NCBI RefSeq assembly: GCF_902713615.1
Contig: NC_052158.1
Span: forward strand, 40,105,729 to 40,169,728
DNA: 64,000 nucleotides
DNA from: Scyliorhinus canicula
Taxonomy: Eukaryota
Reading direction: 5' to 3'
The notes beneath the pieces are model-generated. The model did not search any database, was not told the DNA's origin, and worked only from the letters and a program-made list of their open reading frames with translations. Position 1 is the first letter of the stretch, and each line of letters opens with the position of its first letter. The translations under genes and the position numbers were made by a program. This document shows positions 36,374 through 47,861 of the stretch, one piece after another.

Positions 36374-39300
36374 TGTGGTAAACCATGGTCATTACATTAT
36401 ATACATTATGGTACACTGTCATCCTATTACATGTACTATGGTAAACCTCTGCCTGCTGGCTCTGCCCCGCAGGCTTGGTCTAAAAGTGTCTGACCACCTG
36501 CACTGCCCCAGTTTTGGGATCAGTCCAGGAGGCTTCGTGTCTAGTGTATTAAAGCCTCAGTTTTGTTCACCACTCATCGTGTGTTAATTGATAATCCACA
36601 AGCAGCCGACGCCACTGCGACATTCGAGCACTGGCTAGCCTGTTTCAAAGCGTACCTCGGATCCTCCACCGACGTCGTCACGGATATCCAGAAGCTTCAA
36701 CTACTTAATGCACGGGTGAGCTCGCAGGTTTACCTCCTCATCAGAGACGCTCCCTCGTACACGGAGGTAATAAGTCTGCTGAAGGGGCAGTACATAAAGA
36801 CAGTAAACCAGGTGCACGCCAGACATCTCCTGGCCACATGGTGACAATGCCCCGGAGAATCTCAAGACGATTTCCTGCGTGCCTTGCGGGTACTCGGCCA
36901 GAAATGTAGTTGCCAGGCGGCATCGGCTGTCCAACACACAGAGCTGCTGATCAGGGATGCCTATGTCGCAGGCATTAAATCACACCAGCGCTTGCTAGAA
37001 GTGGGTACACTCGGCCTGACAGAGACAGTGTAGCTCGCAAACACTTTGAAAATGGCTTCCCGTAACATGGAGGCCTACATCCCCGACCACGCGGCACCCT
37101 CGGGGATGTCGTGCGCTCCGCAATCACTCGACCCGAGCGTGTCGCAAGCCTGCGCTGCCCGGCAGACCGCTAGCTCCGGAGGCCCGATGTGCTACTTTTG
37201 CAGCCAGGGTAAGCACCCCAGACAACGCTGCCCCGCATGGAACACGACTTGCTCCGGGTGTGGGAAGAAGGGCCACTTCGCCAAAGTCTGCCAGGCCCGA
37301 ACTGTCTCTGCCGTCTCCAGGCCCAGCAGCGCTGCCGCGAACTCCGCCATGTGCGACCCATGGGCGCGCAATCTTGATTCAACCTGCCACGTGTGACCTG
37401 TGGGGGCCGCCATTTTGCCGCCACCTTCACTCCCACCTGCGACCCATGAGCGCCGCCATCTTCGCTGCCATCTGCAACTCCACTCGCGACCCATGGGGGC
37501 AGCCATCTTGGAACCACCCCGTCACCATCCGGGACCCTGCTCGCCTGGCCGTACGCTGCTTCCGCTACCTCCACTGCCGCTGACTGGCCCATCCACCACT
37601 TTCCGAAGCTCGCATCCATCACCCTTGACCAGTCTCGACCTCGCAACCTCGCAAAATCCACGATGGCCGTCCGGATCAACGGGCACGAGGCGACCTGCCT
37701 CTTCGACTCCGGGAGCACGGACAGCTTCATGCACCCAGACATGGTGAGGCGCTACTTCCCTCCCAATTTTAACCCGTGACCCAGAAAATCTCTCTGGCCT
37801 CCGGATCCCACTGTGGAAATCCGGGATACTGTGTCGCGGCCCTTTCAGTACAGGGCGTAGAGTACACTAATTTCAAACTCTACGTCCTCCCCCATCTCTG
37901 CGCTGCACTGTTACTGGTCTCGATTTTCAGTGCCATCTCCAAAGCCTTGCCCTGACGTTTGGTGGACCCCTGCCGCCACCCCGCCGCCCCCCCCCCCCCC
38001 CCCCCCCCCGCCCCCTCTCACCGACTGTAGCCTCGCGACCCTTAAGTTTCCTCCACCATTGCTCTTCGCTAATCTCATCCCGGACTTTAAACCCGTCGCC
38101 ACAAGGAGCAGACGGTACAGTGCCCAGGACAGGACCTTTATCAGGTTGGAGGTCCAGCGACTCTTGCGAGAGGGGATCACAGAGGCCAGTAACAGCGCTT
38201 GGAGAGCCTAAGTGGTGGACATCAAGACTGGGGAGAAGAGGGACAGCACGGTGTACAGTGGGTTAGCATTACTGCCTACAGCGCTGAGGACCGGGGTTCG
38301 AATCCCGGCCCCGGGTCCTGTCCGGTGGAGTTTGCACATTCTCCCCGTGCCAGCATGGGTTTCACCCGCAAAACCCAAAGATGTGCAGGGTAGGTGGATT
38401 GGCCACGCTAAATTGCCCCTTAATTAGAAAAAATAATTGGGAACTCTAAATTTAAAAAAAAGACTGGGAGAAGCACTGGATGGTCATCGACTACAGTCAG
38501 ATGATAAACCGGTGCACGCAGCTTGATGCGTACCCCCTCCCCGCATATCTGACATGGTCAACCAGATTGCGCAGTATCGAGTCTTCTCCACCGTTGACTT
38601 GAAAATCCGCATACCACCAGCTCACTATCTGCCTGGAGGACCTCCAATACACTGCCTTTGAGGCAGATGGCCACCTCTACCATTTCCTTAGGGTTCCCTT
38701 CGGCATCACCAATGGGGTCTCGGTCTGCCAGCGTGAGATGGACCGAAGGCCAACTGGAAGGCCGTCCTTCTTGCCCTACGGTCTAGACATCTCCCAGTCT
38801 CCGGCTGGCAGGAAGTCCTTCCCAATGCGCTCCACTCCATCCGGTCGCTCCTGTGTATGCCACCAATAAGACCTCTCGTGAACATATGTTTGCCTTCCCC
38901 AGGAAGTCCACCTCAGGGGTCTCGCTCCTGTCCTGGCTGACAGTCTCAGGGCCCGTCCTCCTTCTGAAGCATGCAAGGAGCCACAAATCGGACCCCCTTG
39001 TCGACAAGGTCCTGCTCCTCCATGCCAACCCATAGTATGCCTACGTGGCACACCATGACGGGTGGCAGGACACAGTCTCCCTCTGGGATCTGGCACCCGC
39101 TGGTTCCCCAGCGACCATCACCGGCACCCCCGCCCCTGCACCGTTCACCCCTCCACCGGCTCAACTACTGGGTGAAGAAGAGGACAGCACGCTCCCGGAG
39201 TCGCAGGTCTCAACACCAGTGTGCACACCACAGCCGGGGCTGAGGCAATCACGACGGACGGTCAAAGCCCCTGACAGACTCAATCTTTAAGTTCACTTCT

Positions 39301-39550
39301 CCTCTGCTGGACTCTTTTTAACAGGGGGTGAATGTGGTAAATCACAGTCATTACATTATATACATTATGGTACACTGTCATCCTATGTACTATGGTAAAC
39401 CTCTGCCTGCTGGCTCCGCCCTCAGGCTTGGTATAAAAGTGTCTGACCACCTGCACTGCCCAGTTTTGGGATCAGTCCAGGAGGATTCGTATCTAGTGTA
39501 TTAAAGCCTCAGTTTCGTTCAACACTCGTCGTGTGTAAATTGATGGTACA
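36374..39550 (+). mobile_element. Decayed, internally deleted Gypsy element
   Basis: LTRs start at 36374 and 39333 (ends 39550). gag knuckles, LFDSGS protease and RT up to REMDR, then a jump to the IN C-terminus. The end of the 5' LTR and the PBS are deleted. Confidence 0.92.
38238..38459 (+). mobile_element. Short A-tailed SINE inserted in the Gypsy RT
   Basis: 14-bp TSD AAGACTGGGAGAAG (38224-38237 and 38460-38473). Confidence 0.9.
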
Positions 39551-41154
39551 TTAGGTGGGGTGTTCGGTGCCAAAGAGTGGGGGCACTTTGGCAGGGTGGG
39601 GGGGTGCAGGGGTGGGCGCACCCATACGGCTGGTGCCACTGTGTTGAACCAGGGACCGGGGTGGGTTGGTCGGTCAATGGGTGTTCAGCAGGATGGCAGT
39701 CGGTGCCTGAGCACCGCAGTCCCCCGAGGGGGGGGGGGGGCTGCTTGGCCTGTTCCTCCCTTCCCCCGGCCCTGGCAGGGAGCCCCCCCTCCCCCCTTCC
39801 CCCGCCACAGCCAGCCAGCCGGTGGGTCCGCGCCGGCAGCCCGCAGTCACTCCACGCCATTTGCTTCCGCCGCTCTCTCGCTCAGCAGCCAGTACACGAT
39901 TTGTGAGAGTACAAGTGAACCACGCCTTCGGGAACTCGGCCCATCGGAGGCGGTGAATCTCGGAGGCCCCAGAGCATCAGGTGTCAGGCCCGCTAATTAT
40001 ATGCCGACTGAACTTTCAGGCCATGCAGCGAGTACCGCATTTACGCCAATTTTGGGGCACAGGGGTATCCCGATTTGGCGTCAAAACCGGCATCTACCGC
40101 GATTTTGACATCGGAAACTATTCTCCGCCCAATCGCGTTTCACGATTTTGGTGTCGGCAAACGGAGAATCCAGCCTGGGATATGTGGCAACTAGGGACTT
40201 GTCCCAGTAACTTCATTGAAGCCGACTTGTGACAATAAGTGATTATTATTATTACTGGGAAATGTGCACAGGATCCTGCAGAGATTCAGAAAAACAGACA
40301 TACAAGGAATTTCCCAGGAAGTTTATATGTCCTATGGACTGATTGCCTGCCATATGGGACCTTCCCTAATTGAATGCCTCGGGCCCTGACTCCAGCTGCC
40401 TCTCTGTCCCATGGAGTCACCCAGGATCCGACAGGCACCCTCAGGGAGGAGGAAGCACTGGACCCCAACCCAGGGCCTGCCACTAAGGAGACTAAGGTGG
40501 TCTGCAGTTTTCCTGAATACCCCCCTCCTGACACCAGTGCACCTTAAGTCAGCGGGCAGAACAGGGAGGGACAATGAGCCTGCGACACGGGTAAGTTGGC
40601 TGGGGCTGTTAATTCCTGGTTAATTTGCTGTCAGTCTACATTCAATAAAATCTGAGATGGATTTGCAGGTATCATATCATTTAATAATAACCAACTTGCA
40701 AGGCTGGCTTACCGGGAGAACTCCAGCTTACAGCTGCCTCCTGTAAGTTCCACAGCAAGAGAGACAGAAGACAAAAAGGGTTTTCTGCTGATGTATTCAA
40801 AATCACAGTAAGAGTCACATATAAGCTTCCCATTGGTCATTCTATACACCTCCTGACCTAGCCATATATCCTGATTGGTCACTTTGCATTGTAACCCCAG
40901 CATCCTTTTCACCATGCTCACCATGCGGCCACCCTCCCCCGATGGTTTCAACAAGCTTTTGCTAAATCTCTTTGTCCTTTGTCTGTGAGCCCCCTACCAT
41001 CGGACCGGCTCTATTTATCTATACTATTTTAACTAATAATCCTATTTTTATCATATTCATTTATTCATTTCCTCATTCCCTCCTTTATCATTTCATGATA
41101 ACCTATCGGTCCAAGCCGCAGTCACGGCCCCTCATCTAGGAACATTCGTCGCTG

Positions 41155-43054
41155 TATTTCTAATTCCTGTTGCAGCACCCCATCATCCTCTGCACCCTCG
41201 TGCATCCGAACAGCCAAGACTCTAGGGGCGGCTATCTGTTCCACCGCATTCTGCATTTTACCTATCTGCATTTAAGGATGGCCAGGCCCACAAAGATGCA
41301 GCCGAGTGCCACCGCTAGATACATGGCCATATTTATTAACCAATCCTTCCAACCTCCAAATCCCCAGCTACCCCAAGAGCCAGGGTCCCGCATACCGTCC
41401 AGGTGTCCTTATGCGATCCATAAATGTAGTGGATGTTAGCGGTTAAATCTTAACTCCCATGATACACTTACCCTGCACTATGGCGCATACCCCACCTTCA
41501 CGGGCCAGAAGATAGTCAAGAGCATACCGGTTCTGCATGGCAAACACCGCAGTTGAGATAGTTCCTTTGTTATTGCCCCGAGGGCCCCTAAGGTCTCGTT
41601 TCCCAGGATGGTAAGGCCACAAATAAAATAATTCCTATCGTTGACCGCCAAGGAACCCCCCACACCTCCCAGTGTCAAGGCGCTCAGAATTCCCCATCCG
41701 GCTGAGTGGCCCAGGTTGGGTGTTAGGACCTGAGGTTTTTTCCAGTTCTCGCAGAATTCGGCTGAGACTGCCCGGCATGCCAACTGATTGTGCAGTATCC
41801 ACTGAGTGGGGCAGGGGACTGTGGTGGGGACTAGAGTCCCGATAGCAATTTGGCGGGGAAATGGGGTGACAAAACATTGGTCGCTGTACCATTAAAGAAA
41901 AAGTAGTATCCTTGCTCCGTGTACAGGCTAGCATCACAATCAGTATATTGATTGGCAGGGAACCCCCAGTAGCCCATTTCATCCAGCTTTGGAATGCCCA
42001 TTGGGCCTCATAGCAATGCGGAATGCCCTAGGCCCAACAGTGATATGAGAGACATTCGCCCAGCTACAAAGGAGCTGGATGCCCAGCGTCAATGGGACAC
42101 AAGTGGCATTGTAACAGGCACATTGACCTGATGTCAGGGTTATGCAACACTTTGGATCAGTACAAGTGGAGGACAGACATGTTATATTCATTTTCATCTC
42201 TACCAGCAAACAGCCGTACCTCTTACTGCTGAAACAATTCTCGTACGACCGGGAGTCTCTATTGGGAGTGAAGTGGCTAGGTACATACGCCCTCCACCAT
42301 CGAAGCTTATCCTGCTGTGAGTGGGAAGTATCCCGAGGAGGGGAAGGTGAATAGCCGGTGGGGCCGAACCCGGATCGTAAGGAAGAGTAACTTGCTCGGG
42401 CGGTGGCTCGGAACTCTGACAATGAACTACAGTTTGGGGAGTGCCCCAAAGTGGTGAAACAGAAAATAACCTAGACACCGATGTGGGGTTTGGGTAGCAG
42501 ACAACCCTCCCCTGGCCATACAAGCGGTGGTAGATCTAGAAGAGATTTATACCGTCCAGGTTTCCCTCATTCCGGGTCCTAAATAAATTAAGTACATCTC
42601 CTGATAACCTACGTCTAGTTGTACCTCCCCCCTTACACAGCCCTTCCTCTGTCTAGTCCCTCTCTCTCTCTCTCACAACCTCTTCCTACCCCCTCCTCAC
42701 AGTCTGATTTTACCTGTAAGGCACCAAGGTTAACACAGCCACAAGTAAAATTTACATATGCACCAAAAACAAGGCAATGTCCATGCAGTCTTCCCTTCCC
42801 ATCGTTGGGACCGGTGCAATTGCGTCATAAGTCCTGCATGGTCCGTTAACCGGATGACCTTCCATGAGTCGATACCACGTCCTCGTATATGGGGGCAGCG
42901 AAGAACGTCTCTTTGCAGAGGTGAAATGTCCGGGTACATCGGTTGGGGTTACAGATTGTAGATTATATTCCCCTGTTCCATTTCCACCGCCGATGTCACT
43001 CTAAGCGAGGCGATGCCGAAGATCACACAGGCGGCGTGTAGACCACCCCATCAT
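41155..43054 (-). pseudogene. env: Retroviral env pseudogene (frameshifted)
   Basis: Immunosuppressive-domain motif AMQNRYALDYLLAREGGVCAIVQGKC preceded by a heptad region and glycine-rich fusion peptide; splice acceptors just upstream of the ATG at 43054. Confidence 0.88.
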
Positions 43055-43099
43055 GCTTCACACCTGTAAATAGCGCTGGGAAGGGAGGCAGGTTAGTGA

Positions 43100-43712
43100 C
43101 CGACCTTTTACCGTGGCGGAGGTCGACCCAAACACTCCACCCTCCACTTTAACTGCAGTGGGGGTTGGTAAGGAGAACTTGGAAAGGCCCCTCCCATCGT
43201 GGCTCTGACCCTTTCCGAGTCCAATTTTTGACCATGACATAACGACAGGCTGCACTGAGAGCGAGCTATGGATCGGGACGTGACGAGTGAGCTGCGCAGA
43301 CCTGGCCATGAGCTCCTTGAGGGCGTTAGTGAGGGCTAGAACATAGTTAGTCCTTTCTTTAGTCAGATGGTGAAACTGGACCAATCTGGGAACAGGCAGG
43401 TTCCAGGGTGTTCTAATGGGCTTGCTGAAAGACTCGGCAGGAGAGAGCCAGGCCGATCCTGCAGGCGTGACCTACAGCTGAATGAGGCAACGGAGAGCAC
43501 TTAGAGGCCAGTGTCGGCCCCGTGTCCGTTCTTAATTTAGCCAATTTAGTTTTGAGGGTCTGATTGTGTCTCTCACCACCCGGCTGCCCTGCGGTCTGTA
43601 CGCACAGTCTAGCTGCTGGCGTATGCCCACTGGGAGCAGAACTCCTGTGTTAATCTGTCCAATAAAATGAGCCCATTATCAGAACTTACCTGAGCCGTTA
43701 TTCCGTACATAA
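43100..43712 (-). pseudogene. pol: Retroviral integrase, C-terminal part of the core plus GPF module
   Basis: YGI.AQVSSDNG...AYRPQ...HNQTLKTKLAKLR and WTRKGSEPRWEGPFQVLLT.PTAVKVEG across frameshifts. Confidence 0.85.
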
Positions 43713-45564
43713 ACGCCTCATCACATTTTACAGCCTTTGGCTCCTCCGTCTCTTCCTGCTGGTTGTGATGGTCACCAGTACGAGATGTCATCTTTGGTGA
43801 TAATGATGGGCCAGCCTATCGGCAGCATCCGAGCCCTAGCCAGCGTACAACACATTTAAAGCATCCATGATTGTGCAGTTATACATTATAATAACAAGTA
43901 TTATCAATCCATGCATCAGGTAAACCCCATGACCAAGCTATGAGAGATAACCCCGAACTGAATCTGACTAGATAGATAGCCATCCTCAATACTACCGTGT
44001 TGCCCTTAGGATTTATATCCTTCTTAGTTATACTGACTAGCAACTATCCCTCAGCCTTGTCATTCGTGTTTACATGTCATGATTTGTAAACTGTGCAGGA
44101 AAATCAATGGTAAATGCATCCATCTCGCAGACCAGTGTCAATAGACCCTTTGTGAGGTGCTTTCCTCAAGTCCAATCACCGTGAACCATAGCTGGCGCCG
44201 CTCAGGAAGGTAACACAATAGCTATTCGGTCCTGTTCCAGCTACCCTCCAAGGCATCTGACTACCTCAGGGCAGTAGCACCATAAAAGCATCCTCATGTC
44301 CCTTAGAAGCAGCCCACAACTCAGTCCACCAGCGACCAAACGGTCCTTATCCCTCACTGGGGGGTTTTTTTTTTTTTTAGGAAGTGCTTTCCGTTTCCTA
44401 GGAATGGTAACCGATGATATTTGTATCATGACACTGATTATCTTGCTTTATTAATTGCAGAAGCTTCAACCAATACTGTTTCTATTCCTGACTTCCTGAC
44501 TCTGATGTCGAACATTGTACTGAATCATGTAGCCTGCCCGCCCTGGCTTACTTGAGCAATAGCTCCGTTTTCTTCAACCCCCTGTTGTCTGTTTATCATT
44601 TTCCCTTTACCGCATGGAGTGTATACTTGCCATTATTGTTTGTTTTTTTTAAACCCCGCAACACCTTAGTACAGTTAACTTCTTGTGGTTACAACCCAAT
44701 TGAATTTATACATACAGTCCCAAACAACTTACAGGACATTTAGTCTGTAATAACTGTTATACTCTCCAATGCTATATTGGTTACAAATTTCCCCTCAGCG
44801 GCAGCAAGCTGCTAATATTCTAGACCAGTGCCTCTCAAAGTGTGGTATGCGTACCGGTGCCGGTACTTGGAGTGTTTTCCAGAAAAGAAAGAGACAGTAA
44901 TCCTGGATTGCTTGTTTCGCTCACCGGTCCCCTGGCACATTGGAAAACCTGCCGGTACGCCACATCAGGTAGTTTGGATGCACTGTTCCAGACTACTGTC
45001 ATTTAAAATACGGGGGTTCCTCTTCAGTCGCTGCTGTCTTCCGAGACCCTTAATAACTCCTCCGAGTAATACGTCCCTGCTGGAGACCACAGATCACCCA
45101 TCAGCTAACATCCCGTTAGAGATGTCTGACCGGAGGTTTCAGTATTCAGTAATAATTTGATATTTTGATTTGTTGCTAACCCGTAAGGTTTTCTCCGGGC
45201 TCTATCATTCAATTCCCTCAAACATGTAGCCAATTGTATCATTAGTTTTTTTCCATACTGTCTGAAACATTCTTCTGCAGAGTGTTGTTCAGGTTCTTCA
45301 TCTGTATTATCGTTGCTTCATCTGAAACTAAATGCACAGGTCAAAGCGGAGAGGGCCCTATTTTTTAATGTATCTTCCTATCCGTGCTTGGATATCTAGA
45401 AGTACCATCTAGGCAATAGCCCACATACGCCTCACAAATCGATACCATAAGTCTGTCACTTGTCTACAGCTTGCACAGCCTTTTAGAGTCACATTGTTGT
45501 CGGCCAAATTATCCTTGCAGTAATTGCACGTTGTCATTAATCTATCCCACTTACACGGACACTT

Positions 45565-45892
45565 ATGTAGCATGGTGGTTGCACAAATGCTTCACAGCTC
45601 CAGGATCCAGGCTCGACTCCCGGCTGGGTCACCGTCCGTGCGGAGTCTGCACGTCCCCCCCCCCCCCCCCCGATGTGCGTGGGTTTCCTCCCACAGTCCA
45701 AAGATGTGCAGGGTTAGGTGGATTGGCCATGCTAAACTGCCCGTAGTGTCCCAATAGCAAGGCTAAGGTGGGGGGGAGCCGTTGGGCCACGGCATAAGGT
45801 GGATACGTGGGTCCTGAGTGGGTGATCATTGCTCGCACAACATGGAGGCCGAGGGCCTGTTCTGTGCTGTAACCGTTCTAAGTTCTATGTTC
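45565..45892 (+). mobile_element. Full-length HE1-like SINE with CR1-type 3' tail
   Basis: Tail GGGCCTGTTCTGTGCTGTAACCGTTCTAAGTTCTATG resembles the CR1 tail at 50270-50310. Confidence 0.8.
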
Positions 45893-47861
45893 TTGGATTC
45901 AAAAACCCCCCTGTGTCACAAACCTCAATCATTAAAGTTTGCCTGATATTCCACAAAACAATCATGACAAACCTGAATGCCCCAATCTCCTGGGGGCTGC
46001 AGCATCCCATCGCTGTCTTTGAAAATGCATTATCAATTCTCCTGAATACTCAGTATCTGACGTCCTCCTGGGTTTCATATGACTACTACCAGTCCAAACA
46101 ATCGGGCTACAGAATGCCCCAAATCCTGACTTGTGGTTTCCTGATGCTCCTGTGAACCATTTAAAATGAGGGCCATTAACACCACCCTTGTTCTATCATT
46201 CCATACATTTAAATCTTTACGATTACATTCCTACACTCATTGCCCGTAGTCTGCCGATGGAGTATCAGTAATTCCTCTGTATTTGTTCAATGTGACCAGA
46301 TTTTAAAATTCTGACATAATTTAATTTTGAACCTTTTTATTTTCCTATCATTGATGTACATCATACAAGTAAGGCCTGTTAAGCCTCCTCCTTCTGTTAT
46401 TGCACCCCTGAGTGAGATGCGAAGAATCTCAAACTCCTCCTCTTTTGCTCACACCAGTGATCCATCTGGTCAAACCTTCCCCTGATACATTCCTGATAGT
46501 GCTACTGCATTTACTTTAATTACTTTATTTTGATGACGCCCGGATTTTTATGAAAGTAAAATCCAAACATGACATTTGAACTTTATCAGCTGTCAATCAA
46601 TGCTGCTAACAGGTTTAATTCATTGTCTCCCCCCCAATTGGATCATATGTTTTATTGCGATACAATTTCGTTTGCTCCAGACACCATGCTTCTCAATTCA
46701 ACTGTATGTGTACCAGAATCTGAACAATCTTGTCTTTACATTTTACAGCTTCACGGATGATTTTCCCTGCGTCTTAGTGGGTAGCTTCACCCAACTTCCT
46801 CTGTATTATCAATTGATTTTAATATCTATTTTCTGAATCAGTTTTTATTAAATCTTTTCCTGCAATCAGATTCTCATGTCTGATACTGCAATTAATTATC
46901 TTAATCTAACTTCTGGTCCAATATCTTTATTCTCCAAAGCTAGCTCCTTCTTCAATGTCTATAACATTCTAAACATCATTATTTCTGCAAGTGACTTTTC
47001 GTGATCGTCGGGCACTAGGACCCTGCGGAGCTGTGCCGTGTCAATTTCAACCAGACAGAACTGCCAAGAGCTGACTACTTGGAAGTCTCTTTGTGTCAAT
47101 TTGGTGCTGAGCACATTGCTCCGCCGGCCATTTATAACTTCTAAGTGATGTGAAACTATTTATTATTCGTTTTTTTTCCAAGACTATGCCGAGTTGCAAC
47201 TACATTTACAAATCCCAATTTATACATTTTGAGTTCACGTTTTGTTTTCTTCCTGAAAATTATGTTCTAATTACTCCCACAATGTTAGCATTATTACTAA
47301 GTTACTGAAGAACTTTCAAATACTTACCCCGTTTTAAATTCACTTTAATACCACCTCCTAAAACACAACATTTCACAAACTAGGAACAGAGGATATCACA
47401 TTCTTATCAAACAGACTCCATTCATTCATTGGAGATCTCCATTCAGACAAAAGGAATTCAATCCTATACGTTCATTCATCAACACACAAGTCATTTATAA
47501 CCCAATTCTGTTTCATTCAAACAACCCATATCTTCCCGATATTTGAACGGCATTGAACTGTCCGCAAACATTCCATCAGCGGTCCTTCCTTCACTGAACT
47601 GTTTTGCGACATCACATCAACCCGGTACAGACCGGAACCAATTTTTAATCAAATTAGAATTGAACTGAATTGAATTGCGCCCCAACATTCACATCAGCGG
47701 TCTCTCACTGAACTGTTTCGCGACATCACATCAATCCGTTAAGACCTTAACCGAATTAAAGTATAATTTAATAGAACCAATTTTAATTTGCTACTCACAT
47801 GCAACTGGAGTAACCAGGCAACATCTCATCAGACACCAACTGAACTGTTCGCCTCATTTAC

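Larger units (their letters stand above)
33800..40176 (+). mobile_element. PIF/Harbinger-type DNA transposon, transposase not found, carrying three nested LTR insertions
   Basis: Perfect 15-bp TIR AGGCTGGATTCTCCG (33800-33814 and 40162-40176) flanked by GGG on both sides; Myb/SANT-like gene remnant inside. Confidence 0.75.

Noticed and set aside
37975-38015. Long poly-C tracts (also near 22540, 36310, 45655, 52535)
   Set aside because: Likely slippage or long-read homopolymer length uncertainty; no function is supportable from sequence alone.
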